Source: Takakia lepidozioides
Lineage: Eukaryota > Plantae > Bryophyta
Direction of reading: 5' to 3'
Length of the DNA: 64,000 nt
Assembly: GCA_030704615.1 (NCBI GenBank)
Contig: CM060732.1
Span: 76,074,001-76,138,000 of the forward strand
Translations under genes and position numbers: made by a program
Part shown: positions 36,461 to 48,400 of the stretch, piece after piece
Position numbering within the stretch: position 1 is the stretch's first letter
How the letters are laid out: the number at the start of each line of letters is the position of its first letter
The notes under the pieces: generated by a model
Told to the model about the DNA's origin: nothing
What the model saw: only the letters and a program-made list of their open reading frames with translations
Databases searched by the model: none

Positions 36461-36987
36461 AAGAATCGTGGAGTAGCCTAGTGGTATGGAGATACTCGTG
36501 GTGTGTAGGTGGTCTCGAGTTAAAATTTGTGCAACAAAATATATGTATTTTCAAAATTTTCGGAAAACTCCAGATTGCATGGTGATTTGAACCCACAATC
36601 GGGGTCGTGATAAGGCTAATCCTTACCACTATGCTACCCTCTTAATCATACTAACCTTTTGCTGTAGACTTATATTTAAGGTATTGTTTACCCCCCTATA
36701 TATATACTAGGGCTTCGCGTTGCTCCGCACTACTAGCGACGACTTTTGAGAAGGACGCCCGGACGGATGGGCCATACTGGAGGAACTTGAGAGAGAGTTG
36801 GAGGGGTTTTCCATGGGTCGTCTTGGTACAACAAGTAGATTTGGACTATGATAAATCAGTATTTTTTTATTATCCGTTGTGAGCATGCATTGGAAAAATA
36901 TAGACTTTTTGAAAAGGAGAAGGAGGATGGTCTTTATAAAATATGGTGGCCCTTACATGGAACGTTTAGAAGTGTCTAATTTAAGCT

Positions 36988-37685
36988 CTACCAAGCTAAG
37001 CTTTTGCTCCAGTTGTCGTCGTTCGATTCTGTCTCTTCTGGTGCTTTGGCCAGCAGTTTGACCCCTTTTAATTGGAATGAAAGCCCGTGTTTCTTGTGAC
37101 GGAAATTCATCCAATATCGGATGTTACACTTGATTGCAACGAGATCCCCTGAACGTACGGATTGTCCATCCATTTTTTGGTCATTTTCGTTAAAGACTTC
37201 GATTGTATTGTACATCCCGTCATTGTTTGTTTTGTGACGTTTGTTGTTATTGGACGTCGATCCAGAGTTGTTTGTGTTGTTTTTTAGGAGCTTTTTCGTG
37301 AAGCTCATGTTGTTTTCACCCATCCACCTCGTGTCCTCGCCTCTCCTCTTCCAATGATCGGACCATTCCATTATTGTATTTCCGTAGTCGAACTGGAAAT
37401 GGCTGTCTTCTATCAATATTGTGAATTTTGCGTCTTTTAGTTCTTCGGCGAAAGTCATGAATCTGTAATTCTCGGTTTTGCCAAGGTAGGGGAATTTTGC
37501 AATACCTACGAAGATTGCTATTTCTTCACGGTCCGAAGGGACGTTCCACAAGGTGCTGTGGAAGTTTGTACTGTTGGGCAGGCGTTTCCACGTGTTCCCC
37601 ACCTTAAGGGCATGGTGGTCATTGGACGCGAAACTGTCGTATATCACGTTTGTCATGTCTTGGTGGGTTATGTCTTTGTCTTTAA
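36988..37685 (-). CDS. Orphan ORF, possible OB-fold single-stranded DNA-binding protein; fused to the truncated gypsy integrase tail
   Basis: IEVFNENDQKMDGQSVRSGDLVAIKCNIRYW...HGLSFQLKGVKLL is followed by an acidic tail (EETESNDDNW...W). The first ~16 residues of ORF 36988-37731 are integrase-derived (DLVLWLQKKGK). Confidence 0.4.
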
Positions 37686-37770
37686 GCTTAGAAGCCTTAA
37701 TCTTTCCCTTCTTCTGTAACCACAAAACCAAATCTCATGTTTTGAAAGTCTTCAACTTCCCTTCATCAAA

Positions 37771-40542
37771 CTAATCCTTCCTTTTCATCTGTATTCTCGT
37801 CATGTTGTCAGCTGCATCAGCTCGTACTTCCTCCATATGGTATAATTCATGTTTCCTGACCTTAATTGAATCTTCCAATTCCATTCTTCTTCCCCATTCA
37901 GTTCTCATAGTAGGTAATAAAAACTCCACTGGAAGTAAAGCTTCCATACCATAAACTAATTGGAATGGTGTGTACTTAGTGGTGACTTTATATGAAGTCC
38001 TGTATGACCACAAAGCTGTCAGTAGCTTTGTATCCCAGTCTGTTCTGTTTGCATTGACTATTTTAGCCAAGATGGTACATAGTATTTTGTTGGTAGCCTC
38101 TGCCTGTCCATTACCTTGTGGGTAATAGGTTGTACTTTTCCTATGCACAATCATGAACTCCTTAGTTAAGAGTTCTATGGTCTCATTGATGAAGTGACTT
38201 CCCTGATCACTGATAAATTCCAGGGGACAGCCAAACCGTGTCAGTATGTTCTCGTACAGGAACCTGGCTGTGGACTTAGCTGTGTTGTCCTTCAGAGCTT
38301 TAGCTTCCACCCACTTTGTAGTATAATCAGTAGCTGTGATTATATACTTGTTCTGTGTATTCTTGGCTGGTGGGTTTATTGGTCCAACAAAGTCCAGTCC
38401 CCATTTCTGAAATGGTTCAGTAGGCATTGTAGGATGCAAAGCCATCTTCCCAGACCTCTGCAATGGTCCTAGCCTCTGACACTCATCACAAGTTTTACAA
38501 TACTTGTGCACATCTTTGAACAAGGTAGGCCACCAGTAACCGGCAAGTAGTATCTTCCTACTGGTAGTCTCTTCTCCAAAATGGCCCCCTGCCACTCCTT
38601 TATGAACTTCTTCCAAAACTTTATCAACTTCATGGTGGTATAAGCATCGCTTCAGCACTCCATCTGGTCCTAGCTTATACATTCTGCTTCCTACCATAGT
38701 GTAAGGTAAAGCCTTGATAGCAATTCTCTCTCTGCTCCTTCCCATAACTTGGTGGACATTGACCATGAGTAAGATAGTATCTGATTGGCCATTGCCAATC
38801 TAACCAATCATCTGCACTTCCCGGCACCTCCACGGCAAATAAGCTCGCATCTGGTAATTGATCATCTACTCCTGTGGCTGGTTCACCTGTTGATAACCGT
38901 GACAAGTGGTCCGCCACAAGATGCAGCCTCCCAGGCTTGTAAACAACCTCAAACTCAAATTCGTGTAAGATTATCAACCATCTTGCTATTCTTCGCTTAT
39001 CAGAGGTTTGTTTACCAAGTATATCAAAGCTTGGTGATCCACATAGAACATAAACTTCTTACCCAACAGGTAATGCCTGAATTTCTTCACTGCATAGATC
39101 ATTGCCAATGCTTCTCTTTCTGTTGTGCTATAATTTCTTTCAGCATTGTTCATTAATCGGCTAGCAAAGTACACAGGTGAATCTATCCTTCCTGTAACAT
39201 TTTGGGCTAGCACCGCTCCCAATGCTTCTCCTGAAGCATCACAGTGAACATGGAACATTTCCTGCCAGTGAGGATTAATCAATACAGGTGTAGTTGTCAT
39301 TGACAATGTCAGTTCCTCAAAAGCCTGTTGACATTCATCTGTCCATGCAAACACCGCGTTTTTTTTTTAAAAGTTTGCTCAAAGGTGCTGCCATCTGTGC
39401 ATACCGTCTGACAAATCTTCTGTAGTAGCTGGTTTGTCCCAGGAATCTCCTTAGACTCTTAGCATTTACTGGAGGTGGGGAGGCTCTAATGGCCTCCGTC
39501 TTTCTGTGGGATCCACTAGAAGTCCCTTTTTACACACATTGTGTCCCAAAAGTACCCCTAAGTTCACACAGAAAGTACATTTCTCTGGATTCAAGCCCAG
39601 ACCTCTCATCCTGCATCTGGCCAAGCACAACTCCAATTTATGCAAGTGCTCACTCTTAGAGCTATACACACTGAAATCATCCAAGAACACCTGCATGAAA
39701 TCATCAAGGTTACTCCTGAAAAGATTCACTTATGACTCTCTGGAAAGTTGCTGGTGCATTACAAAGTCCAAAAGGCATGACTTTGTATGCATAAGCACCC
39801 CAGTCTGTGATGAAAGCTGTTTTTCCTTGATCTTCCTCTGCCACCTGCACTTGATTATAACCACTGAAGCCATCCATGAATGAATACATCTCATGGCCTG
39901 CCACAGTGTCCAATACTGCTTCTGTGAATGGTAGAGGAAAATGATCCTTCCTCGTACAAGCATTCAGCTTCTTGTAGTTCACACAAACTCTTAGTTTGCC
40001 ATTTTTCTTGGGGACTATCACAATGGGTGACAACCAAGTTGTGTACTCTATCGGGTATATAAATTTTCAACCAACTTTTTGATCTCTTCTCCAACCTTCT
40101 CTGCATAGTTGGGATTCATCCTGTATCTCGCCTGTTTAACTGGTATTGATCCTGGTTCCAGTTCAATCTTATGTTGACAGATCTCAAGTGGTATCCCCTT
40201 CAAATCCTCATAACTCCAAGCAAATACATCTATGTATTTAATGAACAGACTCTTTGCTTCCTCAAAGAATTCTGGCTCTAGATCCGCCCCTACCTTCACC
40301 ATCCTTGGTTCCTTCTCAGTTCCCACATTCACTTCCCTCGCCTGCTCATCAGCTGTGATTGTCCAACCAGTTACTATTTCATCCTGTAGACTTACAGTGG
40401 CTGGTTCCTCTAGGATATCAATTTCTCCTTCCATTTCCTCATAAAAATGTGGTGGGTAACTATTTATTTCCTCCTCAATTGGGGTTGTTGTCACTGCACC
40501 ACAGTAGATACTTTTTAAACAACTCAGGCCTTCTAATTGCAT
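37771..40542 (-). pseudogene. Gypsy pol (RT, RNase H, integrase), frameshifted
   Basis: ORFs 40048-40542, 39710-40033, 39466-39729, 38986-39354, 38675-38977 and 37771-38766 carry the canonical motifs. Confidence 0.92.
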
Positions 40543-40557
40543 CTCTGCAACCTGTTC

Positions 40558-43163
40558 TCACTCTGGGTGTGCAGCGAACAAAGTAGCTTCCTGTTCCTCA
40601 TCCAGACCTTCTTTCCAATCATACTCTCTAACCCCTCTTGGTCTTCTTGTAGCAGGTAGTCTTTCAGATTTTTTAGTGGTGATTTGTATCTTGTTCAACC
40701 CATCCTGCACAGTCAGTAACTGTGAATTCCAATCATGAGACACCTTGGCCTGTTTCAGCCATGGTCTTCCCAACAATAAGGAATAAGCTTCCAGGACTTC
40801 ATTCATCTTCAACACAGTTACTGTGATCTTAAAGATCATCTCTTGAATCTGGATTTTAACTCCTCTGATCAATCCCAATGGCTGTACACTCCTTTGGTCT
40901 GCCATGGTTACTGTAAATGGGGCTGGTTTCATGTTGTTTAGACCTAGCTTCCGCCTCAATTGGTCTGTCATGATATTCACACTAGAGCCTCCATCTATCA
41001 GTACATCTGCCAGCTCTGTGCTTCCAATTCTCAACTGGATAACTGGCATAGAATCATCAAAATCCATGACTGTTTCTTGCCCTTCTGGCCTCACATTATA
41101 ACTGGTCACCTTGCTGTTCAGGTCTGTGTTCTCTGTCAAATGGGCAATCCTGTTGATTGCTTGATACAGCCTGTGTCTACAATAAGGTGCCACAGCTAAT
41201 AACTGTCCAATGGTAATTTCCACTTTGGACTGGCATATCACTTCAGCCAATGTTCTTTCCTTACCCTGCACTTCTGCAGCTTCCCTCTTTCCTTCTTCCT
41301 CACTGACTTCTTCTTCTCCTTCAGAGTCTGAGGAGTCTACCATGGGAATATCAGTACTCTTCTGCATTTCCTGTATGGTATCCGCCACTTCCTTGTGCAG
41401 TTCTTTCTCATCTCTCCAAGCCTCATCATCTTCAGGCACATCACTGCCATCTTCATTATCATCAACTTCATCTTCCACTGGAGGTACTAATTTGGCTCTG
41501 CTTCTTGTTACTAACATTGTACTCACTTCCGGTACAATACATGGCCTAACCATGTGGGCTGCCACTACTGGCCCCTCATTCCCAGGAGCTCTCATCTCAT
41601 TCTGGTGTCTGATCCAGAATGGACAACCCGCCTTACGATGTCCTGGCTGATTACAATAATAACACAGTTCTTCTCCATTGGGTCCTTGCCCTTGGTCTGT
41701 TCTTGGATTATTTCTGTAATCCTGATTCCCTGGCTGGTAATTCCCTCTTGGATTACCCTGATAGCCAACCCTGGGATGTCCCTGGTAATTCCCTCTTGGA
41801 TTACCTCTCCTTTCCATGCCATTGTTATAACCACATGTCCTACCATAGTGGTCTTGATCATTGTTTCTTCTTGGCTGGGGTTGCACTTGATGCACCCTTA
41901 CCTGCCTAGGCTCTCTTACTGCTGTTCTTCTGTTGTAGTAACAATTCTCAGTAGAATGGTTATCCATTTTACAGATAGTGCAGTGTTTCTCCTTCATGTG
42001 GCATTCAGTAGTGGTGTGGCCTTCATTCTAGCATTTTGCACACCAAACACCCTTCCTCCAATGTGTTGCAGCCTCTATGACATACTTTTTCAAGATTTCT
42101 TCTAATCTCTTCTCATAATTTTCCCTCTTCATCTTTTCCTTCTTTTTACTCTTCCTTTTATGCTCCATCTCATCTTCTTCTTCTGACTCATCCTCAGAGT
42201 CCTCTTCATCTCTTTTCTCCTTCTTGAGCATTCCCAACTGCTCAATTTTGTTTGCTGTTTCAAATGCCTCCTCCACTGTATTGTGGGGTAACATGTCTAC
42301 TTTCTTTTGCAACTCTGGCCTTAGTCCATTCACAAACCAAGCCTTCTGCAATCCTGGTGCTGGTATAGCAGCCAACTTTTTCATCATCAACTCCATTTTC
42401 TCCATATACTCTTCAACAGTTTCATGCTTCTTCTGCTTCAGCTGTTGGTGGTGGTTCTTCCACCAATTACTGGCCCCTGAGCCCTTCCTGCTCCTGGCCT
42501 TTCTATATTCACAGTATTCTCAGCCTCAGTTGCACTACTTTCCACACTCCCTGTCCTCCCAGAGCCAGATCCAGGTCTTTCGCCTGATCCCTCTAAGCCG
42601 ACACCTTCGTTGGCCTGTGATCCAAGTGCTCCACTTGATCCAGGTCCAACGGGTTGGGATGTCCTGGTTGTAGTCTCAACCTCAGCTGCTGGGTCTACTT
42701 CTTCATATTCCTCATCTTCCAATTTCTTTCCTTGGTTTTCTTCTTCTTCACTCATATAACTATTTTGTAATAATGTTGGAGAGTTTGAACTCTCCGCTGG
42801 TTCTGCATCCTCATCTTTTGCTCCTGAAACTGGAGTTCCTGCTCTTGGTGTTCCATGCCAACTCTTATCAAAGATTTCTGCCAAATCTTTTATCCAGGGA
42901 TGTACCTCAGATCTTTCACCTCGTGGTTGATCTTCTTCCTCTGCCAAGTCCCTTAATCTTTCTTGCAAAGAAAAAGAAGGTGTGGTATCCAACTCTAGCT
43001 CCTCTGGTATAGGTGATGTACTCCCTGATCTCAATGGTGTGAGAGGTCCAGATGATTCCCCAATGTCTATTCCTCTCTCCCACAGGTATGGATAATGAGC
43101 TTTCAGATAACTTTCTCTTTTTGCTGAATATCTTTGGAGTCTAGCTTCTCTTTCATCACTCAT
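40558..43163 (-). pseudogene. Gypsy gag and protease
   Basis: Motifs FVNGLRPELQ, CTICKMDNHSTENC, CYYCNQPGHRKAGC, LIDGGSS and LLLGRPWL. Confidence 0.88.
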
Positions 43164-43223
43164 GTCCCATATCTTTTCATTTCTTTTAGTGTGGCAACAA
43201 CAAATTCTCTCCTATAGTATCTC

Positions 43224-43747
43224 TCATATATGCCTGGGTTTCTTTCCAGCTTCAATGTACCTCTGGCTATACTGGAAGTCTCCGTTACCATATACCATTT
43301 GGTAACAAGTCTGAAAAGCTGTTCTTGGTGTAAGTTTGATCCACAAGATATCCTTTGGAATCCAATTCTTTACCAATACAAGCTCCTCATGCATATGAGT
43401 GTAAACATTCACTTTCCTTTCCTCCCAGCTTTCAAACTCTACCCGCTTAATAGATAGTAAGGCTATCACATAACCAATGTTGGTAACCACCGTGCTTTTC
43501 CTCTACAGGCTACCTGATAAATCTTTATCACTCCTTTCTCCAGACCCCATTCCGGATCAGCATCATGCACTCGCTTAAGAATATTTTCTTTACAACCGTC
43601 TGGCAATTCCAAGAACCTTTGAAAGAATTGTTTGGACAATCTTTCTTCCTTCGTTCCACAGGGAATTTGATTCACATCAAATTCTTTAATCCTCCAACCA
43701 CCATGATCCCACCAGATGCCTGTCACATCTGGTTGTTCATGACTCAT
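43224..43747 (-). pseudogene. Extra ORF between the PBS and gag, function unknown
   Basis: Two overlapping frames (43466-43747 and 43224-43490) with protein-like composition. The ATG lies directly after the PBS. Confidence 0.45.
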
Positions 43748-43749
43748 TC

Positions 43750-43765
43750 CCCAGTATGGTCGCCA
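43750..43765 (-). promoter_or_regulatory. Primer binding site (probably tRNA-Arg type)
   Basis: The - strand reads ...cgcgaCA-t-TGGCGACCATACTGGG, i.e. the LTR CA end followed by TGG. Confidence 0.7.
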
Positions 43766-43766
43766 A

Positions 43767-44525
43767 TGTCGCGCGGCTTTTACTCACCCATCCCTTCGCT
43801 ATCCGAGGGGAAACTCCAAGATAGAAGAGTTGGATATCTCTAAGCATTCAGCCCGCGTGAAACAATCAGTCATGACCTGCAGCTAGTGAATCATTGTTGG
43901 GTTTTCAATTATATTCCTTATCAGTTTATATTCCCTATTTATCATGACCAGGTATCTTTTTAAACATCAGATTGCTTCTTTGGGCCCCCTGATTTCATTC
44001 ATACACAGCTTCACTCAAGTCTCTCAACACCAGGTGTTTGTATCGGATGAGAATCAGATTAATCATAATCGGATACATGCTGATGTCCTAACTTCTCTAA
44101 TCTATCCTTCCAAGTAATCCTACATCTCGTACTAACTCTGTCCTATAGTATCTCCTTCCTCCTCGCCAGCTTCCCTTCCTCGATCTCAGTCCGCCCCCAG
44201 GAGTGATCTCCGTTTCCAAAAGTGTCCCATCCCGTCTCCGCTGCCCGCTTTATCTCCTTATCCGCTGTTCTAACCGTTTTCCTTCACTAACTGTCCTCCG
44301 TGAATTACATGTTCCCCGGCAGATGTTGTTCCCCGCAGTCATTCCCTGTCATGATAACCGTTCCCTACGACTGTGACTGACTGTGCGACTGTGTCAGACT
44401 GTGACGGCTGTTTCGGGCTGTGACGGGCTGTGACTGTGTCGGGCTGTGACTGGCTGTGATGGGCTGTGTATGGCTGTGACGGGCTGTGACTGTGTCGGGC
44501 TGTGACTGGCTGTGATGGGCTATCT
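43767..44525 (-). repeat. 5' LTR of the second gypsy element, with (ggctgtgac)n microrepeats at ~44370-44520
   Basis: Ends in CA next to the PBS. No partner LTR lies in the window, so the outer boundary is uncertain. Confidence 0.55.
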
Positions 44526-44624
44526 CAAAAAATTAAGGGTACCCCTCAGAACCCATAGAAGTGTCTAAGTCCCAGACTCCACAGAACCCATAAAAAAATG
44601 CCTAAGTCCCAGACTGCCTCCTAA

Positions 44625-45249
44625 CAAGGAGCCAGGTCGCTGTTGCATTGAGGCTGGCAAGAGGGTGCACACCTTCGTTGTAGATGACAAGTTGCATCCC
44701 AGAATTAAGGAAATCCATGCTAAGCTGAGAAAATTGTCTGGGTGAAATGACTTTGACAAATAACTACCAATGTGGCAGGAAGAAAGTATCCAAAAACAAA
44801 TAACAGTGTTCACAATGTGGCTGAATGAACTGTGGTGCCGCGAACGCATGCTTATGCACAACATGGGCGTGGGATGGAGGCTTTGGAGACCTATGAGTAA
44901 ATAATTGTGGAAGGGGTGAAGCCCGACCACATCACGTCTGTGCATTTGCAAGCCTGGCAGCCCTGGAAAAGGGCAAAGAGGTGCATGGGTGCATCGCGAA
45001 AGCAGGAATTGTACCAGATGTGATTATGAACAACACCTCTGTGGACATGTATGCCAAATATAGGAGGCATTTCAGCAGATTCAGATACGTTTGTCTGTCT
45101 CTTGCTGGCATCAAGATGAAAGGTCTAGAAGCTAGAAAGCAGGTGCACACTCACATTATCCAAAGTGCACGCCAAGTGTTTTTGTCCTCACCACCCTTGT
45201 CAAAATGTCAAAATGGGAGCTCTGGAAAAAGGGAAAGAGATCCATGGTG
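44625..45249 (+). pseudogene. PLS-class PPR fragments (E/E+ PG box plus degenerate repeats)
   Basis: KEPGRCCIEAGKRVHTFVVDDKLHPRIKEIHAKL, HGCIAKAGIVPDVIMNNTSVDMYAK, and ALEKGKEIHG ending at the MULE insertion site. Confidence 0.8.
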
Positions 45250-45469
45250 GGGGCTGCTATTTCATGAGCGGCATGAGCATGAGCGGAAAAAAAAAAAGCA
45301 TGAGCAGACCATTGTGAGTCCACGGAAATAGGGTTAGGAGGCACGGAAATAGGGTCATGTGAAGTTGGAATGTGGCACCAGTGGACTTGAAATGCAACAT
45401 TTTATTGCAAATTTTGTGGCAAGCCACGTCTATACAAGTGTGTTCTAGCTATCATAGCCGGAATGGGCA

Positions 45470-48400
45470 CTACTCTCCTACACCCTCCAAGGAACTTGCC
45501 CCACCTTCTTCCTCATCCCCCTCATCCCCCTCATCCTCCGAGCTCTGTGATGCATCAGTTCCACTATGCCTCTCAAAAATCCCGTCCTCTCCTTGGGGGA
45601 CTGTCCACCTCACCTCCTGGGAATCTTCTGCGTCTTCTCCCCCACTTTCCTCAGCAGAATCCAACACAAATCTACGAGCCCGACGGGCTCTAATAGCTGC
45701 TGCCTCCTCCCTCATCTTCATTTTCTTGAGGCTTGCCTCGTCTAAAATCTGCTGTACACGACTACGTTCGGAACACCTCCTAATGGACACCGAAGCAAGC
45801 CGGGCAGCATAAGTAGGAAGGATGTACTCCCTTTCTGGACTAGGCATGAAATCCCCCTGGCAAAAAAAGGCACGTTCCTCCTGCCCATGAACTCCGGTGT
45901 AGACGTCCCTCCGGCAGTACTTGGCATCCTACAGTAAGAACAAATCCACTTCAAGAATGTCAATACCAGCACAACCACAAAGGGTTTTCAATGAAATAAG
46001 AGAGCGGAGGGAGGTGCCTCACGAAATCTGGAGGCAACTTACAATGCCACCACTCACTCGTAAACCGGGGCTCCTCGGCCTCGATCCCAACTTCCTCCCC
46101 CTGCTCCTTCTCGGATTTTTCCTCATCCTCCGAGGATGCCTCTTCCTCTTTCGGCAGACGTTCAGCCGCTGCAAGTTCCGAGTTGTGGAGGGCAGTATCT
46201 GGCTCGAAGGCGAACACATGCCTGTCGGACAACGTCCCTGCCCACATTGAAGCACCTGAGGAACAAAGCGGGCGGTTAATAGCTTGCGGCATGCAATTGC
46301 AGTCGGGCCAGGGGACAAACTGAGCACGTGAAGGCTTACCCGTGCCGCATGTGAGGTCCAGAATCCGCCCTTGGACATCCAAGCACGTCTCCATGAGGGT
46401 TTGGATGAAAGCAGGGCTCCGGGTCCGGCTGTACCGCCACGGTTTGCCTGTCTTTGTGTCCTTCGGCATACTGGAGTGGGGCACATAGTTGTAGAGGACA
46501 TCGTAGTTACAGGGTCCACAGCGGCATCAACAAGACGACCGTCGTTGCGGAATTTGAACGTAGACCCTCTCTTCACAAAGCAATATGCCTCAAACACCAA
46601 TGTCTGCACATCCAACAAAGAAGGGATCAACTCCAGGGTCTACTTAACATACACCACAATATGAAGTGAATGCAAAAGATTGATAACTTACACTTTGGCC
46701 CTCTGTTCGCAACCCCTGCGTACTGATGCAGAACCATTTTCTGAGGAGGACCGGGGTGACACTTTTCGGTGTCCACCTTGCCACCGCATTCTCTGTGGTC
46801 TTCCCTCTCGTGGCAATGACAACCACACATCCACCGTCATCCAGAAGCATCCCCGCCAGCCCAAACCCGGCTTTCCAGTAGTCCTCAGTAAACCTGTTCC
46901 AGGTGGGCACACCATCCAGGCCCTCCAGCAGCTCCCCATCTGGAATGTCGAGGAGAATCATGTCGCAAGCTCTCTCCACCTCAACCCCCCCCCCCGAGTG
47001 CTCTTGCAATTCGTGCTCACAGCCGTGAAGAATTCCATCATGGCTTCAAAACCAGGGGTGTCTTTAGGCTCTGTACCGCCAGCCCTCTTCTTGGCTTTCC
47101 CCTTCTGCTTCGCCAGAGACTTGTTGTGTGCCACCTACTTCGCCCTGGCAGCGAGAGCGTCAAGGAAGCTCTCATTGACGCATTGGAAGATGGTTGGAGG
47201 TTCTAGCTTTGGCCTGTGCGTAAACGTCACCGCGAATACCGCCGTGTAGGCTCGCCCTCAAATGCCAACTTCTTGGCAGAGCCAGTCCCACTCCGAACTG
47301 ACTTGGGAACCCGGACGACCGGTGACTGGGTAGGAGCAACAGCAGTCGAAGGACCTTGAACGAAGTCGTCGTCCGAGTCACTCTCTTGGGTCCCCTCTTG
47401 CGCCTCCTCCGATGCCCCGATGGTTTTCTTCTTTTTGGGTGTTACTGCAGTCACCTGTTTCCTTGTCCTTTTCCTTTGACCTTTACTCTTCTCATGCAAT
47501 TTCTCCTGAATTCCTGCCTGAGCAAGCTCTGCCGCTTTCCTGGAGTTCGCAAGCGCTTTTGCCTCTTTTGCACCCAATGGAGGCAGCGGAGCCCGGTTTC
47601 GTCGGAATTCAGCATCCAGCTTCAATTGAAACTCGGATGGGTCGAGCGAGCCGGGCGGAAGGTCCACATACCAAGGGCAATCACGCAAATGTTCCAGATG
47701 CCACTCCTTCACAATATCGTCAGTGTACATGGAGTCAGCCCCAGGGTTCCTCCATGCCAGGAAGAATGGTGGCTCGAAAGACAGATGACCTTTCTCCAAA
47801 AGGGAGAACTTACAGTACCTGCATTCATGAAAAAACACAATGAGGTCCGAAAATGGCTAAGTCCCTGAACGGCAATAGGGCCTGGAACTGGAAAACGGCG
47901 CCGAATTTCCACTTCAGGGCCAGCCAGTCTAGGGACTTAGCCCGAAAATGGCTAAGTCCCTGAACGGCAATAGGGCCTGGAACTGGAAAACGGCGCCGAA
48001 TTTCCACTTCAGGGCCAGCCAGTCTAGGGACTTAGCCCGAAAATGGCTAAGTCCCTGAACGGCAATAGGGCCTGGAACTGGAAAACGGCGCCGAATTTCC
48101 AGTTCCGGGCCAGCCACCCTAGGGACTTAGCACGAAAATGGCTAAGTCCCTGGACGGCAATAGGGCCTAGAACTGGAAAACGGCGCCGAATTTCCAGTTC
48201 CGGGCCAGCCACCCTAGGGACTTAGCACGAAAATGGCTAAGTCCCTGGACGGCAATAGGGCCTGGAACTGGAAAACGGCGCCGAATTTCCAGTTCCGGGC
48301 CAGCCACCCTAGGGACTTAGCCCGAAAATGGCTAAGTCCCTGGACGGCAATAGGGCCTAGAACTGGAAAACGGCGCCGAATTTCCAGTTCCGGGCCAGCC

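Larger units (their letters stand above)
37686..44525 (-). mobile_element. Ty3/gypsy LTR retrotransposon (non-chromovirus, Athila/Tat-like), 3' truncated
   Basis: Order is LTR, PBS, extra ORF, gag with CCHC, PR (VLIDGGS), RT (YSFMDGFSGYNQ, MPFGLCNAPATFQR, FLDD), RH (CDAS, YSTTEREAL, DHQAL), INT (GGHFG, LDFVGP, SDQG, GQAE). The outer LTR boundary is approximate. Confidence 0.9.

Noticed and set aside
36470-36640. Functional tRNA gene
   Set aside because: Only A/B-box-like fragments are present and no cloverleaf can be formed.
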